Below are positions 19,820 through 32,900 of a DNA stretch of 64,000 nt, piece after piece; the first letter of the stretch is position 1, and each line of letters begins with the position of its first letter. Position numbers and translations under genes: made by a program. A model generated the notes under the pieces. It had not been told where the DNA came from and searched no databases. It was given only the letters and a program-made list of their open reading frames with translations. Source of the stretch: a virus (taxonomy: Duplodnaviria; Caudoviricetes); the IMG/VR virus record IMGVR_UViG_3300031998_000010; one strand, given 5' to 3'.

Positions 19820-22800
19820 TCATGACCCAGAACTTGAAGTAGATGTTACTCCGAGTCCAAGGGCACTGATTGTATCAATCAACGAAAGACCTCCAACTGT
19901 TGCATTATTCTGTTGCATTATTGCTTCTAATATGATAATAATCTTACCTAATAATGCATTAGTTTGCAACTGAGGGTCCATCTTCTGTAATTCTTCTGCA
20001 CTAAATACATTCATTGCATTTGCTAGAGCAAGTAATGTTTCATTCTGCATATCGCCTTCTGCACGCTTTAAGTCGTCCCAAGCTCGTGCACCAGAAATTT
20101 CGCTAGTATAAGTAGTTCTTTCTGCAATATATCTAGTCCAGTCAGCTAAGCATTTTTGGAACTTGCTATTAGTGCTAACGAATGTCTCTTCAATCTGTGT
20201 ATTTATAGAAGTTAAAGCTCCAATGACAGTGAATTCTGAATAATCACCTAATTGTGCTATCATTGTATCTTCTTTAATTTGAATATTAGTTAATGCAAGG
20301 TCTACTGCATCCATCCTCTGGTCATATCTTGCACCAGAATCAAAGAACGGTTTGAAGTTATCATTAAGGAAAGGTAACCAAATAGCAGTTTCAAATATTC
20401 CATTAGCACCTGTCTCATAATCCCAGAAACCTCTATTTTGTTCTCTAAAAAGTTTCTCGTCATCCTTACGGTCTTGCTCAATTTGAGCACCATGCATAGC
20501 ACTATTAGCTTCATAATAACCTCTAAGTGCTTCTTCGCCATATCTATCATACAAATCCTCTACGCTAACTCCACGGTCTTCTGCAGTTGCCATGTATGCT
20601 TCATATGACATTGTTTTTGAAGCTTCATCAAAACCGGCTATAAACTCTTCATTTCTAGCTCGTACAGCCGCTTCGGCAGCTTCAGTAGCACTTGTAGTAA
20701 TGGTCTTTACTATTGGACTTAAGGCCTTAGATTCCTCTCTTGCAATAGATAATGCACTTTTGCCTACATTAAAGCCTGAATATAAAGATTGAAATGTTGT
20801 ATTGTATCCTACGTCATTTGGCGCACGATAACCTTCCCACATGCCTCCGCCACTACCAAGATTTCTGCTGCCTCCAATTTCATCAATAGCCTCATTCCAA
20901 TCATATCCTGTACTTCCTGCAAGAATAGGATTAAAAATTCCGCTAATTACAGTAGCCCATGTGTTATCTCTAGCTATCTGAGTAGCAACGCCTCCCATCA
21001 TTTCAACAAGAGGCTTAACTAGGCCTAAATCAGTTCCTTGGGTAAGTAAATTATAATAAGAATGATTATTATTTCCTACAGCACCTAATTCTAAGACTTT
21101 TTTCAAGTCTTCGTTCATTTCTTGGGCTTCATCATAATTTTCTTGTATCTTTGTTATACCCTTAGCTATGTATCCTATAGGGTTTAAGAAATTTAAGATG
21201 TTAGCAACAGCATGACGTAATCCTTCTAATACACTTAATGAAGAACCTGTTAAGTCTACAGCATATTGAGTATTTGCTAATTCATTTGCAATCTGTTCAT
21301 CCCACATATGTTGCTGAACCATTCGTCCAGCTTCACTATCGATTACATATGCAAGACCTTCTTCAAGAATTGTATTGTTTATTTCTTGTAACTTCATCTG
21401 CTCAGCAGTTGTTGTAGATTCTCCGCTAGAAAGCAACGCCATGTTTTCTTGCAAGGATGCCTGATTGATTTGCATTGAAGCAACAGATTCTGCAAGTTGT
21501 GCAAAATCTACTCTTGCAAGTGCTTTCATGTCTACGCCAAATACTGATGAAAGTCCTTCTGCGACTTCCATGTAGTTATCAGGCGACATACTTTGTAGAC
21601 TTGCTAAATTCTTGAATATCTGAACAAATACTTCTTGAGGATGTGTAGTAAACGCTTGTAAGAATTCTGTGTTACTTGCATTAATTCCGGCAAGAGAACG
21701 CAAAGCTACAATAGATTCATTATTACCACCAATGGCTGCTTGAACTACATTGTTTACTAATCCCGAAGCTAAATCAGGGGCAATAGCTCCTACTACTCCC
21801 GATACTGCAGTTAATACTGCCGATATATCATGAGCATTATAAATATTCTTAGCAGACTGAGCAATTTCAACTGAACTCTGGAACAACGATTGTGCATCCT
21901 TTAATCCAGTAGTAAATCCTCCTGTTAAAGTTCTACTAGAATATAACAAGTTACTTGCAAATTGCTCTAATTCATAGTTTGCACGAGCCAACGCAACTTC
22001 TTGGTCATAGCCTTGACTTACTACTTCTGCGGCTATCTGTGCATAAGTTGATGCAAACGATGTGAAATCTTGATTAGGAATAGCAGCATTCAACTTAGTT
22101 GCTTCGTATGCAAATTCTTCTGCTATTCTACCACTGAGACCTGTATCTAATATTGTATTTAACTTTTGTATTACGTCAGTAGCAGGAATTACGGAACCAA
22201 GTCCCTCATCAATAAGTCTCTGAGACATACTTTCGTATAAATCATATACATCTTCTTTAGTATATCCCTGAGTTAAGCTTACTTTAGACAAGCTTTGGTC
22301 CCAAGTCTGTGTCCATTCATTGACTGCTTTTTCAAGAATTTCGAATGGCATCTTAGCCATTCCTTCAAGGTCTTTCTGGATACGTTCTTGTGCATTAGCT
22401 AATCGTTTCTTGCGTAAATCTTCATCTTTCATGAGGCCTTTGCCCCAGTTTTTGATGAAATCACCTAATGCATCTAACAGGGGTTTAAGCTGAATATATG
22501 CAAGATATGCAACTGCTCCTACACCTACTGCACCGCCTAAACCACTAAATAACTTACTAGCATTTGCACTCTGAGCAGCAGAGGATAAAGCTCCTTGAGA
22601 TAATTGTTGGCCTGCAAGGCCTCCGCCTGCACTACCGGCAGCTCCACCGGCTGCTCCACCAGCTCCACCGGCTGCTCCACCAGCTCCACCCAACATTGAG
22701 CCCAGCTCAGAACTTCCGCTAGCTCCAGCTTTCTTGAATGCTGATATGATAGCAGAACCGGACTCTTTTCCAAATATACCTTCGGCTAATTTTCCGGCAC

Positions 22801-23281
22801 TCTTAAGTAATTTATCTTGAAATGCTTTTCCAAGTTTAGAATCAGCTAACTGCTTACCTACATGTTTGCCCCATTCATGAGCTAAATCCTTGAATTCAAA
22901 TCCAAATTGATTGGCAAATTCAGAAAGGGCACCATTCATTGCTTTCTTGAAATCGCCACCGGCAACAGAATCTTTTAAGGCATCAGTTAATCCTGTTTCC
23001 CAATCTTCAATAAAATTATCAGTCCTGCGATAATCTTGTTGCTTCTTTCTTCTAGAATTAGCTTCCAAAGTCATCTCACGCTGCCTATCTCTAAATACAG
23101 ACTGAGATGTATTAGCAGGATTGTTATATTGTGTTTGTTGTCTGTTGAGGGCGTCAGCAATTATCTTAGCAGCAGCAACTACATCAGAGTTGTTACCGTT
23201 TGTGTTGATATCATTAAGGAGATTATAATCACCGTTCTGATTGATATTATTAGGATTTTGCTGATTATTGTTTCCTGTCAT
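19820..23281 (-). CDS. Tail tape measure protein
   Basis: 1153 aa, Ala/Gln/Glu-rich and helical, between the chaperone and baseplate genes; contains a Gly/Ala tract. Confidence 0.75.
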   Translation of the reverse strand: MTGNNNQQNPNNINQNGDYNLLNDINTNGNNSDVVAAAKIIADALNRQQTQYNNPANTSQSVFRDRQREMTLEANSRRKKQQDYRRTDNFIEDWETGLTDALKDSVAGGDFKKAMNGALSEFANQFGFEFKDLAHEWGKHVGKQLADSKLGKAFQDKLLKSAGKLAEGIFGKESGSAIISAFKKAGASGSSELGSMLGGAGGAAGGAGGAAGGAAGSAGGGLAGQQLSQGALSSAAQSANASKLFSGLGGAVGVGAVAYLAYIQLKPLLDALGDFIKNWGKGLMKDEDLRKKRLANAQERIQKDLEGMAKMPFEILEKAVNEWTQTWDQSLSKVSLTQGYTKEDVYDLYESMSQRLIDEGLGSVIPATDVIQKLNTILDTGLSGRIAEEFAYEATKLNAAIPNQDFTSFASTYAQIAAEVVSQGYDQEVALARANYELEQFASNLLYSSRTLTGGFTTGLKDAQSLFQSSVEIAQSAKNIYNAHDISAVLTAVSGVVGAIAPDLASGLVNNVVQAAIGGNNESIVALRSLAGINASNTEFLQAFTTHPQEVFVQIFKNLASLQSMSPDNYMEVAEGLSSVFGVDMKALARVDFAQLAESVASMQINQASLQENMALLSSGESTTTAEQMKLQEINNTILEEGLAYVIDSEAGRMVQQHMWDEQIANELANTQYAVDLTGSSLSVLEGLRHAVANILNFLNPIGYIAKGITKIQENYDEAQEMNEDLKKVLELGAVGNNNHSYYNLLTQGTDLGLVKPLVEMMGGVATQIARDNTWATVISGIFNPILAGSTGYDWNEAIDEIGGSRNLGSGGGMWEGYRAPNDVGYNTTFQSLYSGFNVGKSALSIAREESKALSPIVKTITTSATEAAEAAVRARNEEFIAGFDEASKTMSYEAYMATAEDRGVSVEDLYDRYGEEALRGYYEANSAMHGAQIEQDRKDDEKLFREQNRGFWDYETGANGIFETAIWLPFLNDNFKPFFDSGARYDQRMDAVDLALTNIQIKEDTMIAQLGDYSEFTVIGALTSINTQIEETFVSTNSKFQKCLADWTRYIAERTTYTSEISGARAWDDLKRAEGDMQNETLLALANAMNVFSAEELQKMDPQLQTNALLGKIIIILEAIMQQNNATVGGLSLIDTISALGLGVTSTSSSGS

Positions 23282-23284
23282 TAA

Positions 23285-23512
23285 TTACTTCTTCTGCTTC
23301 TCTAAAGCTTGTTGTCTTTCTTTTAATTCTTTCTCAAAAGACTTTACGTATTTTTCTCTAACAAATATTGGTTGTCCCATGACCCATTCGGCACTTACCG
23401 CACCTTCTGAGGCTCTAGATATGAATAAGGTTTCATCAACTATTCGTTCGTATCGTTCTTGCCTCATATCATGGAATGTTTTTACTTCTCCATTAATTTT
23501 TATTGTTTCCAT
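23285..23512 (-). CDS. Small tail-assembly protein preceding the tape measure
   Basis: Likely start METIKING, overlapping the end of the upstream gene; charged helical C-terminus. Confidence 0.55.
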   Translation of the reverse strand: METIKINGEVKTFHDMRQERYERIVDETLFISRASEGAVSAEWVMGQPIFVREKYVKSFEKELKERQQALEKQKK

Positions 23513-24311
23513 CACAGGGTCCACTTGACTTTTCGGCAAGTTTATCAGCTTTCCAGGCCCGGAGATTTCCCAAGGTCGGGCGAAAGAATCTATCATCAAC
23601 TAACGCGATAAATGCTGCTTCTCCGCTTCCGCACTTAGGGCAAACCGTTGTACCTCCTGCTCTGAGACCGTAATCTGTCATTTCTGTTACTACTTGTTTT
23701 AATATAAACAAATCTGCTGAAGATAAATTATTGATAATCTTGAACTTAAAATCAGCCGGAGTAAGATTTGACTCTCCTTTGAATGATTTAATCATATAAC
23801 AAAGTTTAGCCAACTCAGAATCCTTATCTCCATTAGACCTAACAAATAATTTATCATTACCTGCATTAATAGTATCTTGAATTGTAGGAAGTTTCAATAC
23901 AATGTCTCCATCAAAATCGATGAATTCATTCTTTGATACTGTTATACTATTATTAAATCCTTGAGGAAGGGGTTTTACTTCTACTGTGCGGAGATTTACT
24001 TGATATTCACCTCGTGATACTGCGTCACAAGCTCCGCAAAAGATTGCATTTGTAGTAATATATGGACCATAGTTTAAGATTCTTAATGCTCTACAGACCC
24101 AATAAAAATCTATTTCTAATAATCTGTGGAAATCACATTTTTCTTCAATTGCTGCAGGGAAGATAACATCGAGCATTGTAGCCATGAAATCTTCACCGCC
24201 TACATAGTCTAATTCTGTAGATGTAGGAATACTCTTTAAAGTAAGAATATCAGGAATTTCTCCACCATACAGACCTTTGCCTAAAAGTTCGATTTTTTCT
24301 GAAATAGCCAT
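23493..24311 (-). CDS. Baseplate hub assembly / tail chaperone (T4 gp26-like)
   Basis: LLEIDFYWVCRALRILNYG, CGAC, KLPTIQD, CPKCG and DRFF motifs. Confidence 0.7.
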   Translation of the reverse strand: MAISEKIELLGKGLYGGEIPDILTLKSIPTSTELDYVGGEDFMATMLDVIFPAAIEEKCDFHRLLEIDFYWVCRALRILNYGPYITTNAIFCGACDAVSRGEYQVNLRTVEVKPLPQGFNNSITVSKNEFIDFDGDIVLKLPTIQDTINAGNDKLFVRSNGDKDSELAKLCYMIKSFKGESNLTPADFKFKIINNLSSADLFILKQVVTEMTDYGLRAGGTTVCPKCGSGEAAFIALVDDRFFRPTLGNLRAWKADKLAEKSSGPCDGNNKN

Positions 24312-24436
24312 TTAGTAATCCTCCAAAAGTGTTGTTTGATTTGGTATTTCTATGTATTTATTTGTTTCCTTATATCTATCACAAAAGTGTTGATAATAGA
24401 TACGCTACTATCATTATTTAAGGTTGTATACACACA

Positions 24437-24465
24437 AAATAGGAGGCCTTGACGACCTCCTATTC
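24437..24465 (-). terminator. Intrinsic terminator
   Basis: AATAGGAGG...CCTCCTATT hairpin followed by TT on the minus strand. Confidence 0.6.
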
Positions 24466-24467
24466 TA

Positions 24468-24632
24468 TTAAGCAGAATGTCGAAGCTTGTCATAGCATTT
24501 AAGCTCGCGGTACATTCGCTTAATTGCTTTGTTATAATCCCTACGCAAGTAAGGTGACTCAGTATTTGCAATAGCAGATTTATACCAATTTATCTTTTCT
24601 ATAAACTGTTTTCGTTGTATATCCTGTCTCAT
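24468..24632 (-). CDS. Small hypothetical protein
   Basis: Probable start MRQDIQ at an ATGA overlap with the upstream stop. Confidence 0.45.
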   Translation of the reverse strand: MRQDIQRKQFIEKINWYKSAIANTESPYLRRDYNKAIKRMYRELKCYDKLRHSA

Positions 24633-25486
24633 GTTATTTTGACACACTTGCTTCGTTCTTGGTTGACAAACATATCCCATACTCTATTAGCGTCGACGTC
24701 AATTCCATCAAAATGCAAATCAGCTAAAATATCTGTTAGCATATTTCCATGACTTAATCTGCTCTTGATATGACGATATACACCCGAATTAACACTAGAG
24801 AATACAACAGAATGTTCATGCTCTTCTGTGAGGTATTCTTCTAAAGGCATATGAAAATAAACTGCACCGTCTTTTGCTTTGTAGAAAATTTCATCTTCAG
24901 TGTTGTCAGACTCTGCATCTCGACAAATACTCACTTCTAATACATCATGTTTGTTTTTAAAGTTAGTTACAAATTCATAGATAGTATTTGCCCAATTGTA
25001 TCCAACAGAACTGATTCTAAACCATAATTCGGGAAGACCTGCTCGACTATTATACTGACCACCATAACGCACCCTACAAAATTGCTGGTTGAATGAATGC
25101 TTAATAGCATTTTGCAAGTAATCGATATCTAAAGAATCAATGTAATCTAGTAGACTTTCAACTGTATAATTTCCTAACTCATTGTGAATCTTCAAGTATG
25201 CACCGTTAGGGAGAGGTGACATAAACTTATAAGGCAGATGAGATAATACATAGTCAATTAGATAATCCATAGAATATTCAAAGAACCTTGGAATTAATGC
25301 GATTCTCATAGCTAACCAAGCATCAATAACTTCTTTAGCTAATCTAATATCGTCTGATTCAGTATTGATAATGAATGCAGATACTTCAGCTTCTGAACTT
25401 AAATCGTCATCTCCCATAGCATACAGGTGTACGACTACCTTGAAATATCTGCCATCTTGCCTAAGATGATATGCAGTACTTTTCAT
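24629..25486 (-). CDS. Hypothetical protein
   Basis: 285 aa; AGGAGG RBS and AATCGTTATA motif upstream. Confidence 0.65.
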   Translation of the reverse strand: MKSTAYHLRQDGRYFKVVVHLYAMGDDDLSSEAEVSAFIINTESDDIRLAKEVIDAWLAMRIALIPRFFEYSMDYLIDYVLSHLPYKFMSPLPNGAYLKIHNELGNYTVESLLDYIDSLDIDYLQNAIKHSFNQQFCRVRYGGQYNSRAGLPELWFRISSVGYNWANTIYEFVTNFKNKHDVLEVSICRDAESDNTEDEIFYKAKDGAVYFHMPLEEYLTEEHEHSVVFSSVNSGVYRHIKSRLSHGNMLTDILADLHFDGIDVDANRVWDMFVNQERSKCVKIT

Positions 25487-25529
25487 ATGTATACCTCCTA
25501 CTAAATATAACGATTTTTGTATAAGTAAA

Positions 25530-25740
25530 TGCCTTTTGTGTAAATCATATATTTGAATGAAACTCGTAAAAGATTGAATGTACTACGCACTTGACGGGAA
25601 CGCATGAATATTGAATTGTGACCTTGCTACAGGAGAAAATATTTACGCCATATTCATCAATATGATTTACACTTTAACCGTCGGCCATCATGAAATTCGA
25701 AAAAAAAGGCGGAGGCTTCGGAGGGCATACATAACCAAGG
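25530..25740 (-). ncRNA. Candidate structured non-coding RNA
   Basis: Intergenic; 13-bp perfect inverted repeat GTGTAAATCATAT (25538-25550) / ATATGATTTACAC (25660-25672) with further nested pairings; AACCTT motif upstream. Confidence 0.4.
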
Positions 25741-28700
25741 TTAAGTTGACTTATCTAATTCGTCATTAATCTTTGTGTATACTTCAATAAAGAGTTTACT
25801 TACCAATCGAGGGTCTTCATTGTATCTTTTAGAAATTACTACAACTGATTTTGCACAGCAAATACAAAGTTCTCTAATATCTTCAAACATTTTATCATTA
25901 AAATCTTTATTCATTTTCATATGTACCACTTCCTGTAGTGTAAAAATGTAAAGATATTTCAGGGTATACAGGCATCTGACGCTGATAACCTTCAGGTAAT
26001 CCTAACACAGAATCGATATAAGTCGCTGGACTTGATACACTCATACTATCTGCATAGACAGGGACAGTCCAGATGCCTTTATCAGTTTTAATCCTTAGAT
26101 ATGTTTTCTCCGGAGATTTTGTAGGGTCAAGAACTAAATTGATATCACAAAAATCATATACTTTTGAACCACAGAATTCACATCTTCCGTGGTCATTTAA
26201 GTACCCTCCGCAGTTAGGACAATTGTGTAAGTTATTCATGACACTTAACCTCAGACTTGTAGTAATCTTTATAATTTCTTGAGCATTTTCCGCAATCAGG
26301 ATTTCCAAGGTAAGGACCTACTCGGTGACAACCAATACAGCCCTCAGGTCGAAAGGTCTTTGCAATATGATAAATTGCGTCTTTCAGGTCGATGTCATTG
26401 TGCTCACAAAATTCCCACAATAGGTTATAATGAAAATCATCTCTTTCATAGAGAATGTTAATTGCAGATTTTTGGTCTTTTGTCATTTAAAAATTCTCCT
26501 TAGTTAACCCAGTATGTCCTAAAATCGTTATCTCCATCAATACCTACGAGATTGAACATGTTATCATCTATCCATTTGCGATGATATTCTTCACCTCGAA
26601 CAAGTTCATCATAATCAAATTTTTTGATGAATAATCCATCTGTCCTTATAACACGAGCAGACTTAATCTTGGGGACTCTACCATAGATTACTCTTTGCAC
26701 TTCAGTTTACCTTTCCTTTATTTATGTTTTAGCTTTAATTCTGCACCGTCAAAGGAGCAATACATATAATCATCTCTGTATCGTGTACCACATTCAGGGC
26801 AAAACTTGGTCTGCCTATCATCAGAAACATAAGATAAAACGGCCATAATAAAAAGTCCGACCATTAAACCAAAGAAAAGACCTTCTATAAAATATTTCAT
26901 TCTTTATTCTCCTTATCTTCCCAATATTTATTTATGGTAGGTCTTGAAATTCCTGTGTCTCTATAACAATCCATTTTACTGCCGTGAGGATTATTTATTC
27001 GCCATTCCGATACTCTTTTTTGGTTTTCAGATACATCAGAAGGAATAAATACAATCTGTATATTCTTTATCTGACCATCTTTTTGTCTTGAAACATGAAT
27101 ATCTCTTACAGAACATAAATTTATACCAAGATTATTGACGATAAAACACGCTATGGATTTTTTGGTTTCGTCATTTACTACTTTCGTTAATTTTGTTTCA
27201 TTCATTCTTTATTCTCCTTATTAAACCCTATTGCTAATTCAGGAAATTCACCTATAAGCCTATTGTGCATATCAATACGAGATTGACATAATTCATAGTC
27301 AGTAAAAACTACTCCACAATGAGGACATTTATCAATAAGAGGTCGGCTAAATAAATTTTCTGAAACCCCAAAAATTCGTTTATCACAATCATTACAAAAC
27401 CAACCTGTCTGACCTTCGGCAATATCTCTTAAACAGATTTTACTCATTCTTGATTCTCCTTATCTTCAATAGGTTTTGCACAATAAATATTAGTAGTAAT
27501 CTTGTTAATCAGGTCTTGTGTCATTTGGTCTGTATTGTTTGAATAATGTATATTTCCCTGACTATCAAGATATACTTTATCTGTCCAACGAATTTCGTTC
27601 ATATCACTCACTCCTCAAATTTTCACCTTCTAGTATATCAGGAACAACCTCACCTGAACAATGGAATGAATTATAAGGATTACTACCTCTAAATTGAGAA
27701 GTAAAGGGACTTGGAAATTCCTGAACTAATCCACTTCCAATAGTCTCTTCGCAATTCTTCTTCATATATTCTATTTCTTCTTCTGTACCAAAAAGCGTAG
27801 TTGATACTGTTATACTGTAACCGCTAGTAGTTGTTGGGTTATTAACCCGATATGTACTTAATGATTTCATTCTTTATTCTCCTTTAACGATTATCATAGC
27901 AAAGAGTATTAATATGAATGGAGATGCTGGTAAAAATGACCAAGCGATAATATCAAATATAGTATCCATTCTTCACTCTCCTTCGTCCGCAGGGATTACT
28001 ATGGGTGCGTTAATAATATAATTTTGAAAATAAACATCTTCTTCAACTGTAATAGTGTCCTTATCAACCAAATCTCCGTGTCCTTTTGGGAGAACCATGA
28101 AACCATATCCACCAACTTCACAAACTTTACCGTCTATAAAATGAATATATGTGTCAATAATTTCTTGTTTTATAGGTATCATTTCATCAGGTATATCAAT
28201 TACTATCTGCATATTCAATCCCTCACATATACCTATAAGGTAGCAGCAATTCGCCCACCAACATCAACCGCCAAAAACTTGGAAGTATGTATTTTTCGCC
28301 TTCAAATTTGTCATATTCCTCACGAGGTACTTCGTGATACTTATTATCTTTAACGATTACATAGACCATTCTCATACACTTACCTCACACTCCATACATA
28401 TGCGGTATGCAATTTTCCCAGTACTGTTCGGAAGTCATCTGTTTAACTGTCTCTTCCGTGATTATTCTAGAATACACCCCTGAATATGTTACTTGCCAGT
28501 AGATTAATACTGGAGTCCCTAAAAGTGCTTTTGTAAATGCTTCAGCTATGTCTTCTTTTGTTGGGACACCATCACACCAATAGACTTCTACTTTTCTCAT
28601 AATAACCCTCCAGATTTGTTGTGAGCATATTGTTCTCTTGCGGATTTTAGTTCTGTTAAAAATTCTAATAACTGTTTATCCCATGCCAATTGCTTCTCTT

Positions 28701-29460
28701 CTTCCTCTTTTAACTTATGTTTTGATTTGAATTTTTGTTGTTGCAAAAACTTCTCTTCGAGTTTATATTCCTCGCTATTTTCAATTTCCTTAATAGTATT
28801 CTGTCTGCTCAAGACACGAAGCTCCCACTCATAAATCCAATCATCTAATGTATCAAAATTAGATATGCTATTTGGAGTTTTTACTTTTTTCATTATTTAT
28901 CTCCTTAAAATGTTATATCTTCTCCCATCTATCATGTTTAAAGCACTCCCTACAAGCACAGTGTAATGTTTCAGCGGCATGATTATTATGATGTTTACAC
29001 GTATCACAAGTTCTCGTATCTTCTGCAGTGAAAGTATCTCTACCATTAGAGATACTAGTGAAATTCTGTATTTGTTGATTACTTGTAGTTGTTACTGTCT
29101 GTTGTTTCTTCCAATCAATATCTGAAAAAGTTCCCGTCCCTGTAATTGTTATATCCGTTCCTGTGGTTGCTATACTTTCCCCACCACAGTAATAACACAT
29201 CATTGTAAGTGGCGAATATACTCGCTTACATATAGGACACTGCCAACCTTGTTGTACTGTAAAATCATTCATACTTCTGTCTCCTTATCTGCTTCAACCA
29301 CTGTCGGGACTTGCTCATTATTCTTTAACAGTAGGGCAACAAACAATAAGGCTTGTTCTGTTGGTGCTTTCTCATATGTTTTGACCAACATTTCACTTAA
29401 AGCGTCTGCGTCAATTAGTCTCATTTTTCTTCACCTCATAAGCCTTTATCAAATCTGATA
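25741..29460 (-). other. Array of small hypothetical genes (several Zn ribbons, one with a C-terminal HTH at 26897..27205), several joined by AAGGAGAATAAAGAATGA junctions
   Basis: Overlapping ATGA stop/start pairs; near-identical junctions at about 26897, 27202, 27445 and 27868. Confidence 0.65.
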
Positions 29461-29693
29461 TTTCGGCAACCTCCCATTCGTCTTTATCGTTATTTTTCCA
29501 TTTAATAATTGAATTTTCGTCAGGTATTTCTATTATCATTCTTTATCACCTCGCATACTCTCTTAAAGAAAAATTCATAGTCCCATATTTTTTATATTTA
29601 ATATACTGATAGGCATATTCAACTAAAGCACCTATCAATGTTGAATGTAGATAGTAAAAAGGCTGACCTTGACAACATACAATCACATTGAAT

Positions 29694-29936
29694 TTAGGAT
29701 TTTTGCAATTTCTTTGTATCATTCTTATCACCTCTCATATCTGCCTCGCTTTCTATAAGACTATTCCATTCCTCAACCGCCTGCTCTTTTGTTTTATTCC
29801 AAGTAACTTTCTTGTTAAATTTTCCACATTTGCAAGTTCCTTGATAACCAAGATTTTCATAATCGGAACCATAGTCATATTCACTCACAAATAACCAACT
29901 ATCTTTGCAATTAGGACAAGGCAATAACTTTTTCAT
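29694..29936 (-). CDS. Lar-family (restriction alleviation-like) Zn-ribbon protein
   Basis: LLPCPNC...C.C...TKEQAVEEWN signature. Confidence 0.55.
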   Translation of the reverse strand: MKKLLPCPNCKDSWLFVSEYDYGSDYENLGYQGTCKCGKFNKKVTWNKTKEQAVEEWNSLIESEADMRGDKNDTKKLQKS

Positions 29937-32900
29937 TCTTTATCTTCTCTCCTATCTCTGCGTTCATACTTCTCGATAATATCAAGTGCTTGTTGAAGTC
30001 CATTAGCAAACTCTTGTTTTTCAATACTACGATATTGACGATTTACAGTAATCGTATGTTTGATTTCATCTTTTACAGCTTTTACATATTTATCTGTCAT
30101 TATTCATCACTCCTTAGATTGAACAGGAACTACCCAAAATTCGTGATAACTTCCTTCGGGGTAATACTCTCCATCCCAAAAGGAAATACCAAATTCTTCT
30201 GCACCGTCACACTCGAAACTATCAATGTAAATAGTGTTGCCATTGACTTCGTGTTTAATGCCTAACTCATCTAATAGTTTGATTACTTTCTCTTGGTCTG
30301 TCATTCTTTATCACCTCTCATATCTGCTCCACAGTTTGAGCAAAATTCGCTAACCGTAGTGTCTCTCCATCTCAATGTGTATTTGTTACACTTGTTACAT
30401 TTTTGTTCAACAACGTCTGCTCCCCAACGTAAAATTTGCCCACAAGACGCAACTTGATTTTCTACCCACTCGCCTTGTGGTCTTTCTACTGTTGGGGCAT
30501 TGTCGATAATTTTAACAATATCTCCGATAACCTCACCGTTCATAAAACTTGCGAGATAATTACATATATCTCTTTTCAGTTCGTCTAAATCACCTAATCT
30601 CATTCTTTATTCTCCTGCAACTTATCTATCGCATAATCAAGTGCTTCAAGGTCTACCATATCCCTATCAGAAGCAGGGCATAGTGAATTTATTATGTTTA
30701 TGCCCATTTTCAGTCTTTGTAGATGTTCTATACATTCTTTATTAGTCATTCTTCTTTACCTCTTTCGCAAGGTGGAACAAAATCTGTGTCATTTCTTCTC
30801 TTAAAACAATAATTAAAAATAGTTACAAGTATTATTTTACAATTCATTCTTTCTCTTATCTCAACATTGATGCCCCACAATTAGGGCAAAAGTTGGTTTT
30901 CTTTTCATTAGGGCAATTACATCTATTGCACCAAACAAATAATTCATAACCCGTTGGTATCAAATTATGTTGTTTGCAATATTGAATATGACTTACCCAT
31001 TCACCTTTCGGTCTTTCGTACTCTTTCTTTGCTTTTTCATAGCCAGCCTCGTATGCCTCACGCATATTTACATCGTTCTCGACATAAGAATATGGAATTG
31101 ACGCTTGTTTTGCATCGTCTTCCAGTGGTTGGTCTATTACCTTACTTAAAAAATGTGACATATCATCAGATATGCAATTGTGGAAATCTTCATCAGATAA
31201 TGAACAAACAAATTCAGAAGGGCAATTTGTATTCCTTGGCATAATTTTTCTTGAATATATACAATTTTTACAAGTTTTCATTCTTTATCACCTCTCATAC
31301 TATCTTTACATATAATCCTCAATACCAAGTTTACATGCTAAATAAAACAAATCGTTTTCTGAAAACCATTCATCACCAATCTCCAAGTCGTTAGTCTTTT
31401 CGATTAAATTTTTCAAATTTCTAAACATGATACCTAATATAATTTTTTCGTTTTCTGTTAAATCGTTCATTCTTCTTTACCTCTCATATCCGCACCACAA
31501 TGACAAAATGGATAATTTGATATAACGTCTGGGTATTCAATCTTTACCTTACGACCACACTTTGAGCATTTATAAACAGTAGTATAATAAAGGTCACCTT
31601 CGTATGCGTTTATCCACTCACCTTGCGGTCTTTCAAACTCTGCTTTTGCTTCCGCATATCCACTATTAAATGCATATTCAATAGCCTCAACAGAAACAAG
31701 AGATAACTCTTCCGCTTTTGCAAATGTACCTGTTGTATCTTTTGATTTTAATCCATTCCATACTTCTTCAAATGTCATTCTTTATCACCTCTCATATCTG
31801 CTCCACAATTCGGGCAAAAGTTAAAAGCAGCCTCACGCATAACAGTAGGCATATCCTTAACAGTTTCGTAGCATAATGAACAATGCCAACCACTTTGACA
31901 ATTGTGATACCACTCGCCTTGCGGTCTTTTCCTTTCAAATACAACAAAACCGTCTGAAACATCAATGGCAACTGTCTGCAAAGATTTTATTATCTCATCG
32001 GGTAAGTCTGAAAGATAATGTGGTTCAGTTGTTGGAGAATTTTCCATACAAGCCTTGCGTCTTTTTAATGTTTCGATTGCCAATTCTTTATCGTTAGTCA
32101 TTCTTCTCACCTCTCATACAAGCACCGCACCACGGACAATGTGGGAACTTAAATTTAGTGGTATGTCCACAATTAGAACACGCCTTATTGTTTACCTCAT
32201 ACTTAAATCCACAAACAGTCTCATACTGTGTCTGCCACTCGCCTTGCTTTATTTTAGGATTTAATGTTTTTCCGATTTCCATACCATAATGATAACCCTC
32301 TTCATATCCTCTTTGTCTTGCCTTTAATCTTTCAGCACCAACATAATCAGGTTCAAAAGGTTCTACTGTCGGGGCATTGTCGATATGCTCAATAATATCT
32401 GAAGCAATACCCTCTTTTGATTTACTGCCTATATAATCACAGTCATAAACAAAATTTAATGACTTTTTCAAAGCACTACGACTGATTAAATCGTTATTCA
32501 TTCTTTCTCACCTCTCATATCTTATAACGGTTCTTCAAAATCTTCGCAATCAATCTCATAAGGTACATCTATCTTCCCAACAATTTGTCCACAATGGTAT
32601 GATGCCCCATTATCACAAATCATATAATCAGGCTCATTATATTTATCGCCTTCTTCCGATAGCCAACACCATTGACAATCTCGGCAATTGTGCATTCTTC
32701 TTTCTTCACCTCTCATATCCGCAGGTATTACTACTGCATCATCGAAAATTTTAACAATTTCTCCGCACTTCGCATTATCTATATGCTTACCATAAACTAA
32801 ACCAAGAATTACTTTATCTGCATCTACTAAATTTCCGTGTCCTTTTGGGAGAACCTTTCCATTTTTAATATAATTCACATCTACTGCCACAATACTAGTG

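Noticed and set aside
22620-22695. GC-rich tandem repeat
   Set aside because: In-frame Gly/Ala linker of the tape measure protein
23285-23599. Programmed -1 frameshift between the chaperone and the downstream ORF (lambda G/GT style)
   Set aside because: The downstream frame is +1 relative to the chaperone, no XXXYYYZ slippery site was seen, and an in-frame ATG near the upstream stop explains the overlap
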